A stretch of DNA of 43,030 nucleotides. Source: Candidatus Micrarchaeota archaeon. Lineage in GTDB: Archaea > Micrarchaeota > Micrarchaeia > Anstonellales > Bilamarchaeaceae. The translations under genes and the position numbers were made by a program. The DNA lies in NCBI GenBank assembly GCA_041694885.1, contig JBGFRX010000007.1, positions 1 to 43,030 on the forward strand, written 5' to 3'. The notes beneath the pieces are model-generated. The model saw only the letters and a list, made by a program, of their open reading frames with translations, ran no database searches and was not told where the DNA came from. Below, piece by piece: positions 19,097 through 27,833 of this stretch (positions within the stretch are counted from its first letter, which is position 1; the number at the start of each line of letters is the position of its first letter).

Positions 19097-19281
19097 GCTC
19101 CTGTAGCTCAGTGGTAGAGCGCGTGCTTGGTACGACAGGGGGCTTTTTATAATGCCTTCATTATCCCGCCCCCTTCTTCCGTGATACCCCCTTGCGAATA
19201 TAATCGCTTTGGGCGCTCCCGGAAACCGCAATTGCGGTTCCAAAAAGTACGAGGTCGCGAGTTCAATCCTCGCCGGGGGCT
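19097..19281 (+). tRNA. tRNA-Thr(GGT) with a 113-nt intron at 37/38 (19133-19245)
   Basis: Acceptor GCTCCTG/CGGGGGC, D-arm GCTC/GAGC, anticodon stem CGTGC/GTACG, T-loop TTCAATC. BHB: TTGG/CCAA helix with TA|C and AA|A bulges. Confidence 0.93.
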
Positions 19282-19397
19282 TGCCATTGTTTCCAGTCTC
19301 CAGTTTCGAGTTTTGAAACGTTACTATAATCACAATTTCGGAATTTCAACTTTGTAAGTCCGGCTGAATTCATCAAGCATTCGCGCAAACAAATTCG

Positions 19398-19648
19398 TCA
19401 ATTCCTTTCCCATTTTCTGCGCGCGCAATTCATTTCCAATAATTCCGCTCCAAACAAGGCATTGCAAAATAATCCATAATCGTTTTTGCTCCTGAAAACA
19501 ATGTCAATATCCTTGGTCGCCTCCTTCAAACCCCGGAAGGACATGGCGCAGCCGCCTATCAGATAAATCGAGAGCTCGTTAGCCACTCGCGCCCCTAAGC
19601 TTCCCCAGCTCTTCGTCTATATATGGCGCTTTGAACTGATTATCCATG
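19398..19648 (-). pseudogene. Frameshifted, truncated nucleotidyltransferase (DUF6036-like)
   Basis: MDNQFKAPYIDEEL... and IYLIGGCAMSFRGLKEATKDIDIVF lie in different frames; early stop. Confidence 0.6.
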
Positions 19649-19696
19649 CACAATCTCCTCGACTTCGTCCCAAAACGGGAATTGCAGAAATAGTTT

Positions 19697-20356
19697 TTAA
19701 TCGCAATTTCTGAACCCGTACTTTCCGACCAGCGGGACGAAAACCACGTCCAGTACCTTAATCGCCTCGTTCGTCTTCTTGTTATATACGATAAGGTTCT
19801 GGAAATATCTCTCACCAACAGGAGCTACTAATTTCCCACCATCCTTTAGCTGCTTCACAAGAGGATGAGTCCCGTCAAACCAGGGTATCGCCGCAGTCAC
19901 TATTATCCTATCATAGGGCGCATATTTCGCGCAGCCCCCGCTTCCGTCCCCAATTTCATAAGATATATTCGTTTCCGGTTTCCCGCTTCCAGTTCCCAGT
20001 TTCGCAATATTTTTCTTGGCAAGATCGCCGAGTTCCGGAGATAATTCGATAGTGACTACTCGCCCTTTCTTGCCTACCAGTTCCCGAAGGAGCGCTGCAT
20101 TGTACCCGCTTCCGCTTCCTATATCCAAAACATCCATCCCTTCCTGCACGTCGAGCCATTCGAGCATTGTGGCAACCACCCCCGGAGCCGAAATTGTCTG
20201 CCCGCCTTTCGTGGGCAGAGCCATCTCCTCGTAGGCATATTCCTTCTGCTCCACGAAAAGCGCCCTATCGGTTTTCCTGAACGCCCTCTCGATTCGTTTG
20301 CTTCTTATTGCGCCGTGATTTTTGAGCGCATCCACCATTTCGTCGTTCGAGGCCAT
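19697..20356 (-). CDS. pcm: Protein-L-isoaspartate O-methyltransferase
   Basis: GQTISAP, VLDIGSGSGYNAA, GDGS.G...APYDRIIVTAA, QLK.GGKLVAPVG and FVPL motifs. Confidence 0.93.
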   Translation of the reverse strand: MASNDEMVDALKNHGAIRSKRIERAFRKTDRALFVEQKEYAYEEMALPTKGGQTISAPGVVATMLEWLDVQEGMDVLDIGSGSGYNAALLRELVGKKGRVVTIELSPELGDLAKKNIAKLGTGSGKPETNISYEIGDGSGGCAKYAPYDRIIVTAAIPWFDGTHPLVKQLKDGGKLVAPVGERYFQNLIVYNKKTNEAIKVLDVVFVPLVGKYGFRNCD

Positions 20357-20460
20357 GGCAACCGAAAATAGTATTAACCCGTTCAGAATATAACCATTTC
20401 AGTCCTTGATTGTATGAAGAGAAGAACAAGCTTTATATGCTGGAATGAAATGTGTTGGAT

Positions 20461-21885
20461 ATGGCCTTTGATTTCGAGTCCACCGCAGAAATAGAAGTCC
20501 CGAAAAATCCTCTCGAACGGGTGATAGGTCAGGACGAGGCAATAAAAGTCGCGAAAATCGCAGCAGCGCAGCAGCGCCATCTTCTTTTAGTGGGCGCGCC
20601 AGGGACTGGGAAAAGCATGCTCGCCCAGACAATCGCGTCTCTTCTCCCAAAACCAAAATGCGAAATAGCAGTTCTACACAATCCAGAGAGGCCGGAGCGC
20701 CCAATCCTTGAAATAAAGACAAAGGAGCAACTGGAGAGCGAGAAAAAGGAGACGCTGGAATATGGGACAATGGTCCATCCGTCGCAGGTTCCCGGATTCG
20801 TTTCGGAAAAACTCGGGTTCAGGTGCAGGCGTTGCGGGGGAATGAGCGCGTCCACATTCTCAATATGCCCTTCCTGCGGCGCGGAAAAATTCATGCGTAA
20901 TTCCAATCCGTTTGGCGATCTGATTTTCGGCTTTGAAAGGGAGAAAGCGGAGGGAAGGGTGCACGTCTCGCGCGTCCTTCCGAACGGAAAAGAAGAGGTA
21001 TTCATTTACGAAAAAACATCTTCAGATATGATAAGGGTGCTCACGCAAGACAACTTCAAGAAAATGCGCGAATCCCAGAAGAAATTGAGAAAGGTGCTCG
21101 TTCCTTTGCTGCGCAGCACTTTCGTGCAGGCAACAGGAGCAAGCGAAACCGAATTCCTTGGAGATGTCAAGCACGACCCGTACGGAGGCCACCCTGAAAT
21201 AGGAACTCAGCCATATTTGCGCGTCTCTTCGGGCGCTGTGCACGATGCGCACGAAGGCGTATTGTTCATAGATGAACTCTCCACTCTTGCGAACATCCAG
21301 CGCTATCTCCTTACCGCGATGCAGGAAAAGGCATTTTCAATAGTGGGAAGGAACCCCACAAGCACAGGCGCGATAGTGAAAGTGGAAAATGTTCCCTGCG
21401 ACTTCATATTGGTTGGAGCAGTGAACATAAACGAGCTTGGCACCATGATGCCTGCGCTTCGTTCGCGCATAAGGGGCGACGGTTACGAGATTTTGATGAA
21501 GTCGTGGATGGAGGACAACATTTCAAACCGGCTAAAAATCGCGCAGTTCATCGCCCAGGAAATAATCAAAGATGGAAAAATCCCCCACGCTGACAAATCA
21601 GCGGTGGATGAAATTCTGAAAGGAGCAAAGACATCCGCGAAGGAAATCGACTCTGCGAACGGACTTACGCTGCGGTTGAGAGGTATGAGCGGCCTGATAA
21701 AACTCGCCGGCGACTTCGCAATTACGGATAAGGCGCAATTCATTTCGCGTGCGCACGTGAAGGAGGCGCTCAAATACTCAAAAAGCGTTGAAGAACAGAT
21801 ACAGGAAACGTACCCCAACTGGTGGAAGGCAGGGCTCGCGGATTTCGCAGTGAAAGCGGAGAAGAAAGGAAGCGACGCAGTATAA
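20461..21885 (+). CDS. LonB-related AAA+ ATPase lacking the protease domain, with a Zn-ribbon insertion
   Basis: VIGQDEA, GAPGTGKS, LGDVKHDPYG, GAVH.AH.GVLFIDE, VPCDF.LV, PALRSRIRG.GYE, LTLRLR. CRRC...CPSC insertion. The ORF ends without the Ser-Lys domain. Confidence 0.85.
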   Translation: MAFDFESTAEIEVPKNPLERVIGQDEAIKVAKIAAAQQRHLLLVGAPGTGKSMLAQTIASLLPKPKCEIAVLHNPERPERPILEIKTKEQLESEKKETLEYGTMVHPSQVPGFVSEKLGFRCRRCGGMSASTFSICPSCGAEKFMRNSNPFGDLIFGFEREKAEGRVHVSRVLPNGKEEVFIYEKTSSDMIRVLTQDNFKKMRESQKKLRKVLVPLLRSTFVQATGASETEFLGDVKHDPYGGHPEIGTQPYLRVSSGAVHDAHEGVLFIDELSTLANIQRYLLTAMQEKAFSIVGRNPTSTGAIVKVENVPCDFILVGAVNINELGTMMPALRSRIRGDGYEILMKSWMEDNISNRLKIAQFIAQEIIKDGKIPHADKSAVDEILKGAKTSAKEIDSANGLTLRLRGMSGLIKLAGDFAITDKAQFISRAHVKEALKYSKSVEEQIQETYPNWWKAGLADFAVKAEKKGSDAV

Positions 21886-21889
21886 ATTT

Positions 21890-22240
21890 TTGGAAGTGAG
21901 GGCGGGCAGGAACGCTTAAGCGCCCCTGCCAACCATTTAGAGTGAAGAGAATCCGGACCATGTTTGGCATGGTCCGGTTCCCAATTTTTTTGAGTTCTGA
22001 TGAGTGTAACGAAAACTGGAAGCCGAAACACGTAAGAAAAGCATGAGGGGAAGACGGGAAAATAATTGCCGGGAGCGGTTGAAGAGTAGTGCCCCCGGCT
22101 TATGATACGCAGGCGGTTCGGAAAAAATTATAGGTGGGAGGATTTCCGGTCCGCCTTGCGTAAGCGTGTTTCATCCCTATCAGGGTAGTTTCGCCGTCTT
22201 CCCCTGCTCCCTTGCGGAAGCGGTCGCCTTGCTCTTTTTC
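21890..22240 (-). ncRNA. Candidate structured non-coding RNA of unknown family
   Basis: Six or more stems in a GC-rich convergent intergenic gap. G-U versus A-C asymmetry and a GCAA tetraloop favour the minus strand. Confidence 0.5.
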
Positions 22241-22674
22241 TAAGCAAGCGTGAAGAAGACCTTTTTCCCTACGTGCTTTTTCTCAACGACTCCCGAGTAA
22301 TGGAGCCGGTTGAGGCGCGCCGAAGCCGCGTTCTTTCCCTTATATCCGAATTTCTTCTGCACGTCTTCCGCGGTTTTCGGGCCCTCTTTCAGGAACGAGA
22401 CAATCGCCTCGTCCACTTCGGGGAGCAGTCGTGCTTCCCCATGAACTTTTTCCTTTTCTGCGAGCCGGAGCTCGAGTGCCTCTATCTTCGCAAGCAGCGT
22501 CTTGAGGATGCGGTTCGTGTTCTCCCGCTCCTCCTTGAGCAGGTAAACAAGCTCCCCGAGAACCACTGGGTCGTTGAACTTCTGGAGGTTCTCTGCGACG
22601 TCCTTGCTTATGCGCTCCCTCACGCCCGCCTGCTCAACTTTAAATATCTTGTCTTCGTTAGCGTCCGCATTCAT
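22240..22674 (-). CDS. Coiled-coil plus winged-helix DNA-binding protein
   Basis: DEAIVSFLKEGPKTAEDVQKKFGYKGKNAASARLNRL...GVVEKKHVGKKVFF wHTH. AGGTGA SD before ATG 22674. Confidence 0.75.
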   Translation of the reverse strand: MNADANEDKIFKVEQAGVRERISKDVAENLQKFNDPVVLGELVYLLKEERENTNRILKTLLAKIEALELRLAEKEKVHGEARLLPEVDEAIVSFLKEGPKTAEDVQKKFGYKGKNAASARLNRLHYSGVVEKKHVGKKVFFTLA

Positions 22675-22887
22675 GAAATCACCTTTGGATGTTCGTGCTG
22701 GTTGCGTGATGAATGTATGATGCATTGCGATGAAATCATGCAATAATCGCGATTCTATCATGACAAGATTTATAAAGATTTGTTTTTGTAGTGCTGATTT
22801 TTGAGTTTTTGTGCAGAAAATTCGACTAAAAGAAAGGAATAAAAAAGAAAGACACATTTCCATTATTAAAATTTTTTGGTGCACGGG

Positions 22888-23433
22888 ATGAAGCCACACG
22901 AGTACATGGGCGAAATAGTTGCGGTGTTCAAGAAGAGGGACTCAAGGAAGTTGCGCAAATTGGACGAAGCGATACTGCGCGAGGCCTCTCTTGCATATTC
23001 AAAAAAACTATATTACCTCGCGATAGTAGCGTACGTGCTCTCCAAAATTTTAGGCAAGCCGAGATTCCTCGAGAGGAACTACCGCGAACGCATATTTGCA
23101 ATAGAGAATGTTTTGGACGAGATATCGCTCTGCAAGGAGGAATGCAGCGATGAGGAGTTCCACGCGAGATTTGAGAAACTCGAGAAGGCGGTGAAAAATC
23201 TCGAGTCCGAAGACCCGCGGTTCGTGATAGACCTGATTTCCAAGGCACGGCTTAAGGTTGCCGCAACGCTCTATGCCCAGGGCATCTCGCTCGGGACAGC
23301 CGCGGAAATAACCGGAGTGGAGAAGCAGGAGATACTCTCATACGCGGGCCACACCATGATGTTCGACCGGCTCAGGGAAGAGAAGAACGTGCGCGCGCGC
23401 CTCAGGGCGCTGAAAAATCTCGCAGAGGGATAG
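22888..23433 (+). CDS. Hypothetical protein with a C-terminal HTH (GISLGTAAEITG)
   Basis: 181-aa ORF ending 1 bp before the PIN-domain gene. Confidence 0.65.
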   Translation: MKPHEYMGEIVAVFKKRDSRKLRKLDEAILREASLAYSKKLYYLAIVAYVLSKILGKPRFLERNYRERIFAIENVLDEISLCKEECSDEEFHARFEKLEKAVKNLESEDPRFVIDLISKARLKVAATLYAQGISLGTAAEITGVEKQEILSYAGHTMMFDRLREEKNVRARLRALKNLAEG

Positions 23434-23434
23434 G

Positions 23435-24118
23435 ATGGGAAAGGAAATACTGTGCGACTCGAGCGCCCTGATTTCGCTCACCGATTCATGCATCGCCCAC
23501 GTGCTCCCCTTCACAGCTAAGAAATTCGGCTTTTCGTTCGTAATAACCGGGACAATAGAATACGAGTGCGTCACCCACCCGCTGAACATGGCCACGAAGG
23601 TGTACGCATTCTCCGCACTGAGAATAAAAAATGCAATCCGGAACGGCACGGTTGTAAACGTGAAGGCGAGCCCTGCGATAATGAAGAAAAGGGACGAGCT
23701 GCTCTCGCTTTCAAATAATCTGTTTTTCACCTCTGGAAGGCCGCTCACCCTGGTACAGGCAGGCGAAGCGGAAATGTTGGCGCTTGCGAGCGAATTGAAA
23801 ATAAGACACGTGCTCATGGACGAGCGCACCACCCGCCTGCTCATAGAGGCGCCGTTCTCGATAAAGGAGCACTTCGAGGAGGAATTCAGGACCAACGTGA
23901 TGGTGAACCGGGACAATTTGGATCGGTTCAACGACCTCGTTAAGGGGATGGGAGTGTACAGAAGCACAGAGCTGCTTTCACTCGCGTACGAGCACGGCTA
24001 TTTCGACGACTACGGCTCGCTGAAGAAAGACGCATACGTTGCTGCGCTCTACCGCCTCAAGTACGCCGGCTGCAGCATACGTTATGATGAAATAGAGGAG
24101 CTGATTAAGACCTCTTAG
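23435..24118 (+). CDS. PIN-domain protein
   Basis: ILCDSSALI, IEYE, GEAEMLALA and LMDER acidic PIN motifs. Confidence 0.7.
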   Translation: MGKEILCDSSALISLTDSCIAHVLPFTAKKFGFSFVITGTIEYECVTHPLNMATKVYAFSALRIKNAIRNGTVVNVKASPAIMKKRDELLSLSNNLFFTSGRPLTLVQAGEAEMLALASELKIRHVLMDERTTRLLIEAPFSIKEHFEEEFRTNVMVNRDNLDRFNDLVKGMGVYRSTELLSLAYEHGYFDDYGSLKKDAYVAALYRLKYAGCSIRYDEIEELIKTS

Positions 24119-24168
24119 ATGCGGTTTCCTGTTTCGAATTCACAGTTTCGATAATCGGTCTTGATTTT

Positions 24169-24828
24169 ATGGAGATTCCAAAGCCGAAAATAATAGTGGA
24201 CAAACGCGAGCGCGGATTTTCCGAACTATTAATCGAATCGGGCGCTGAAGTTGAGGAAAGAATGCTCGAGGTAGGCGACTTCCTCTGCTCGGAGAAAACA
24301 GTAGTGGAAAGGAAAACCCGCTCGGATTTCGAGGCATCTGTTCTGGACATGCGGCTCTTCCACCAATTGCAGAATCTCAAGCAGAACTTCGAAAACGTGA
24401 TAATAGTAGTGGAAGGTGAACGGAGCGAAGAGGGTCCGCTTTCCCGCGCAGCGCTCATGGGCGCATACGCTTCCGTTATTACGGATTTCGGCGCTTCGCT
24501 CTTTTTCACGAAAAATGAAAAATCAACCGCTGAACTTGTCCATTCTATTGCGAAGCACGAGCAAATTGCGAAAAAAATCCAGATGCGCGTACACGCGAAA
24601 AGGAAAACGCCCACGCTTTCCTCAAACATGCGCGCAGTGGTGGAGATGCTCCCGATGGTCGGCCCCTCCATGGCAAGGAAGCTTCTGATGCATTTCGGGA
24701 GCGTTGAGGCGCTTTTCCGCGCAGAGGAAAAAGAACTTATGGAAGTGGAGGGAATGGGAGAGAAGAAGGCGAAGGCGATATTCCGCACCGTGCGCAAAGC
24801 GTACAATCCGGAGGAAGACCAAAATTAA
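24169..24828 (+). CDS. ERCC4/XPF-family nuclease with HhH domains
   Basis: IIVDKRE, GDF, VERKT..DF, RLF.Q, and HhH LPMVG...A / VEGMGEKKA. Confidence 0.9.
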   Translation: MEIPKPKIIVDKRERGFSELLIESGAEVEERMLEVGDFLCSEKTVVERKTRSDFEASVLDMRLFHQLQNLKQNFENVIIVVEGERSEEGPLSRAALMGAYASVITDFGASLFFTKNEKSTAELVHSIAKHEQIAKKIQMRVHAKRKTPTLSSNMRAVVEMLPMVGPSMARKLLMHFGSVEALFRAEEKELMEVEGMGEKKAKAIFRTVRKAYNPEEDQN

Positions 24829-24855
24829 TTTATACCTCCAATTCCAAATCCCCTT

Positions 24856-25743
24856 ATGCACATTCCTTCCCCCGAAGGCCTGATCGCTCTCGACCATTCG
24901 GACGGCGACATTTCCTTCATCTCCCATGCACACTCCGACCACCTCAACGGCGCAAGGAAAAAGGGAAGGATAATCGCAAGCGAAGAAACAATTGCATTGG
25001 GCAATCTCCAGGATCAAAACGCAAAACTTCAAAACGCAAAACTTCTCGAAGCAGGGCACATCCTCGGCTCCAGACAACTCCTGGTCGAAAGCGACGGAAA
25101 AAAAATTATTTACACCGGGGACATACGCACGCGCCCATCAATTTTGTTTAAGGAGGCTTGGGTTGAAGAATGCGACCGACTAATAATAGAAAGCACTTAT
25201 GGGGATCCGCAATTCCGCTTTCCAGACTATTATGAAATCTATTCTCAAATGGAAAAATGGGTGGGCGCAAACCAGGGCTGCAATATCCTGATAGGCGGCT
25301 ATGCCCTGGGGAAGGCGCAGGAAATAATAAAAATCCTGAATTCATTTGGTGTTGCGCCAGTAGTTGACAAGAATATAGAGCGCTTCAATTCAATTTACGA
25401 AAAATTCGGCGTGAAACTGGAGCGTGCGGCAGTTGGAAGCGAAGAGGCGGAGGAAGCGATGTCCCACTCCTTTGTGGGAGTGGTGGAAATGAAAAGAGCA
25501 AAAAGGTATTTTGCTCACAAATTAGGGGAAGCGTTTGGAAGGAAAACCCTCGTGGCAGTTGCAACCGGCTGGGCATTGCACTGCAAATTCGACGCTGATG
25601 CTGCTTTCGTGCTGAGCGACCACGCGGACTTTTACGATTTGCTGGATTTCATAAAGGGCACGAATGCCAAAGAAATAGAGTTCGTACATGGAGACGGCTC
25701 GCATCTGGAAAAGCATCTTGGAGCGCGTTCTGTGTTAGTATAG
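24856..25743 (+). CDS. MBL-fold / beta-CASP nuclease
   Basis: SHAHSDH, AGHILGS, YTGD, IESTYG, YALGKAQE, LSDHAD and HG motifs. Confidence 0.88.
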   Translation: MHIPSPEGLIALDHSDGDISFISHAHSDHLNGARKKGRIIASEETIALGNLQDQNAKLQNAKLLEAGHILGSRQLLVESDGKKIIYTGDIRTRPSILFKEAWVEECDRLIIESTYGDPQFRFPDYYEIYSQMEKWVGANQGCNILIGGYALGKAQEIIKILNSFGVAPVVDKNIERFNSIYEKFGVKLERAAVGSEEAEEAMSHSFVGVVEMKRAKRYFAHKLGEAFGRKTLVAVATGWALHCKFDADAAFVLSDHADFYDLLDFIKGTNAKEIEFVHGDGSHLEKHLGARSVLV

Positions 25744-25775
25744 GGTTTATTAATGTTTTTGCTCAATTTATCCTT

Positions 25776-26237
25776 ATGGAAAGCATTTCACCATTTTGCA
25801 AAGTTACCGGGAAAATACTTGGCATGAAGCAGCCGGAGTGCAGGCGCGCCATGGAGCTTTTTATACAGCGTATTCCGCTTTCGGAAAGCCAACTGCGGGA
25901 CATAGAGGGCACGCTTTCACTGCGCGATGACGACCTTTATAAAGTCGTGCAGTGCTGGAGGCGCTGCAAGTCTGCGGTGCTCGAAAAAGCCAGGCATTTC
26001 CAGAGGCAAGGCGACCCACTAATGGCGGCGCGCCTTTTCCTTGAAATTCATGAGTATGAAATAGCAGCTGACCTCTATAAAGAAAGAAACACGCAGATGT
26101 ATTACTATTCCCTGATAATGGCATCAAATTCCAAAATCTGCGAGTACCGGACCGAACTTAAAATCGGGAGCATACTAGGGCTTCTCGTGCACGACCAGAT
26201 CGATTCGGCGCTCGACATGATGATACCGGATAAATAG
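25776..26237 (+). CDS. Hypothetical protein
   Basis: 153-aa ORF with TATA-like tttattaa upstream; no recognised motif. Confidence 0.55.
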   Translation: MESISPFCKVTGKILGMKQPECRRAMELFIQRIPLSESQLRDIEGTLSLRDDDLYKVVQCWRRCKSAVLEKARHFQRQGDPLMAARLFLEIHEYEIAADLYKERNTQMYYYSLIMASNSKICEYRTELKIGSILGLLVHDQIDSALDMMIPDK

Positions 26238-26383
26238 TTTTATATAATCAGTTCTGTTATGTAATTGCACTTGCCGGCAGCCATGGTTGCAACTATCTAG
26301 GCTGGCATATTCCTACATCGCGGCCACGATTTGATTTTTCTACGGTTCGAAAAATGCTCGTGGCCAACTCGTTACACTCACAT

Positions 26384-26498
26384 GGCCACGATGGCGTAAT
26401 GGTAGCGTGGGGGACTGTGGGCCAAGACCGTTTCCTGTTTTGGGTTTCGCGTTTTGTGCGGACATCCCTAGATCCGAGTTCGATTCTCGGTCGTGGCC
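26384..26498 (+). tRNA. tRNA-His(GTG) with encoded G-1 and a 43-nt intron (26421-26463)
   Basis: Acceptor GCCACGA/TCGTGGC with C73, anticodon stem GGGGA/TCCCT, T-loop TTCGATT. BHB-like CTGT/GCGG helix with GG|G and AC|A bulges. Confidence 0.9.
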
Positions 26499-26597
26499 TA
26501 TTTCATCTTTGATGGATAATAACATTAAAAATTAATAAAACTTTACTTTTACTGTATAATAGCAATATTTATAAACTATTCCGTTCATTAAAAACAC

Positions 26598-27821
26598 ATG
26601 AAAAGTAAATGGGACTGCTTCTTCGCATTATTCGAACTGAAGGAGGCGCGGCTCAGGGACATTTCCAAAAAACTGTCCACCTCCCCCTCAAGCGTACGCC
26701 AGCGGTTGGTAGCTTTGCTAAGGGAAAGTTTCATAGTCCAGGAAGGGCTTACCTATATGCCAAACAAAGAGAATACGCGGACATGGAATGTTTTCGAAAT
26801 AATGAAGTTTTGCAGGGGCAGGGGCATTAATTATAACCTTTTCCTTGCTCCGGAATTTGCCAGAATGGTAGAGGCGGGCTTGAGCAAAGAGGAAGTGGCC
26901 TTTTCCGAATTCGAAGGGCTGAATCGTCAGACCGTCAGGAAATATCTCAGCTACCTCTCAAGAATCAATCTCCTTTTCGTTGTTTCCAAGAAACCCCTCA
27001 GGGTCAGGTTCACTTTCAATCCTGTTTTCGAAGAAGTGCTGGCTTTGTTCAAACTCAGGAAAGAAATCAGAAAACCAATGAAGACAACCGCATCAGCGGA
27101 CGATTACAGGGAAATTGAAAAGCAGCTGGCTAAGCTCAGGGAACTGAAAAAGAACCTGAATTTTGCAGATCTTGAAGAGGAGCGGAAAATAGAGTTCACG
27201 TCTGCATCCACGCAGCTGGAAGGGAATACGTTCACTTTGGACGAGTCGAGAGAGCTTCTTCTTCATGACATAATCCCGCAGGATAAAAAACTGAAAGAAG
27301 CGAACGAGGTTAAGAATTATTACGCCGCAGTGAATTATCTTCTGGCGCATTTGCATGAACCAGTTTCCATCCAGTACATACTGGATCTTCATAGGATCGT
27401 GATTTTCAATCTGGGCGTCAAAGAAGGCATACGCACGACCTCCGTTTTCATAAAGGGAAATCCGTTTTACAAAGTGGTGCACTTCAGCGGGATTCTACCC
27501 TCCCTCGAAGCGCTGTGTAGGCAGATAAATAGTTTTCAGGCAAAAAAGCGCACCGTGGGGGAAGTCGTAGAACTCGCAACATTTGTCCATAATGAATTCC
27601 AGCATATCCATCCTTTTGAAGATGGGAATAGTCGCACAACGAGATTGTTATGGAACTACCTCCTGATGCGCAACGGTTTTCCGCTTATCAATATTTATGC
27701 AAATACAAGGGAAGAATACCTTTCTCTTACCAAACTGGCCAAAGAAAGGGGCGATGCAAAGCTAAACAGTTTCCTGGTAAAAATAATCAAAGATAACCTA
27801 TATAAAATGACAAAGATGTGA
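26598..27821 (+). CDS. Fic-family protein with N-terminal HTH domains
   Basis: HPFEDGNSRTTR Fic motif, STQLEGN inhibitory-type motif, N-terminal RLRDISKKLSTSPSSVRQRL HTH. Confidence 0.9.
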   Translation: MKSKWDCFFALFELKEARLRDISKKLSTSPSSVRQRLVALLRESFIVQEGLTYMPNKENTRTWNVFEIMKFCRGRGINYNLFLAPEFARMVEAGLSKEEVAFSEFEGLNRQTVRKYLSYLSRINLLFVVSKKPLRVRFTFNPVFEEVLALFKLRKEIRKPMKTTASADDYREIEKQLAKLRELKKNLNFADLEEERKIEFTSASTQLEGNTFTLDESRELLLHDIIPQDKKLKEANEVKNYYAAVNYLLAHLHEPVSIQYILDLHRIVIFNLGVKEGIRTTSVFIKGNPFYKVVHFSGILPSLEALCRQINSFQAKKRTVGEVVELATFVHNEFQHIHPFEDGNSRTTRLLWNYLLMRNGFPLINIYANTREEYLSLTKLAKERGDAKLNSFLVKIIKDNLYKMTKM

Positions 27822-27833
27822 TTTGCGTCAAAA

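Noticed and set aside
21995..22040. Hammerhead-like CTGATGAG...GAAA core
   Set aside because: No convincing stems I and III. The GAAA words belong to a heptamer array, and neighbouring stems favour the opposite strand.
21890..22240. Identification as RNase P RNA or SRP RNA
   Set aside because: CCCGGCTTA and CC-GCAA-GGGAGCAG are suggestive, but the GAGGAAAGUCC/P4 partner and the helix-8 CAGG strand are missing.
22675..22899. Longer start for the wHTH ORF (219 aa)
   Set aside because: It runs through the AT-rich divergent promoter and overlaps the next gene; an SD supports ATG 22674.
26369..26380. 12-mer tcgttacactca shared with the minus strand near 22000-22011
   Set aside because: A single 12-mer match is expected by chance in a window this size.
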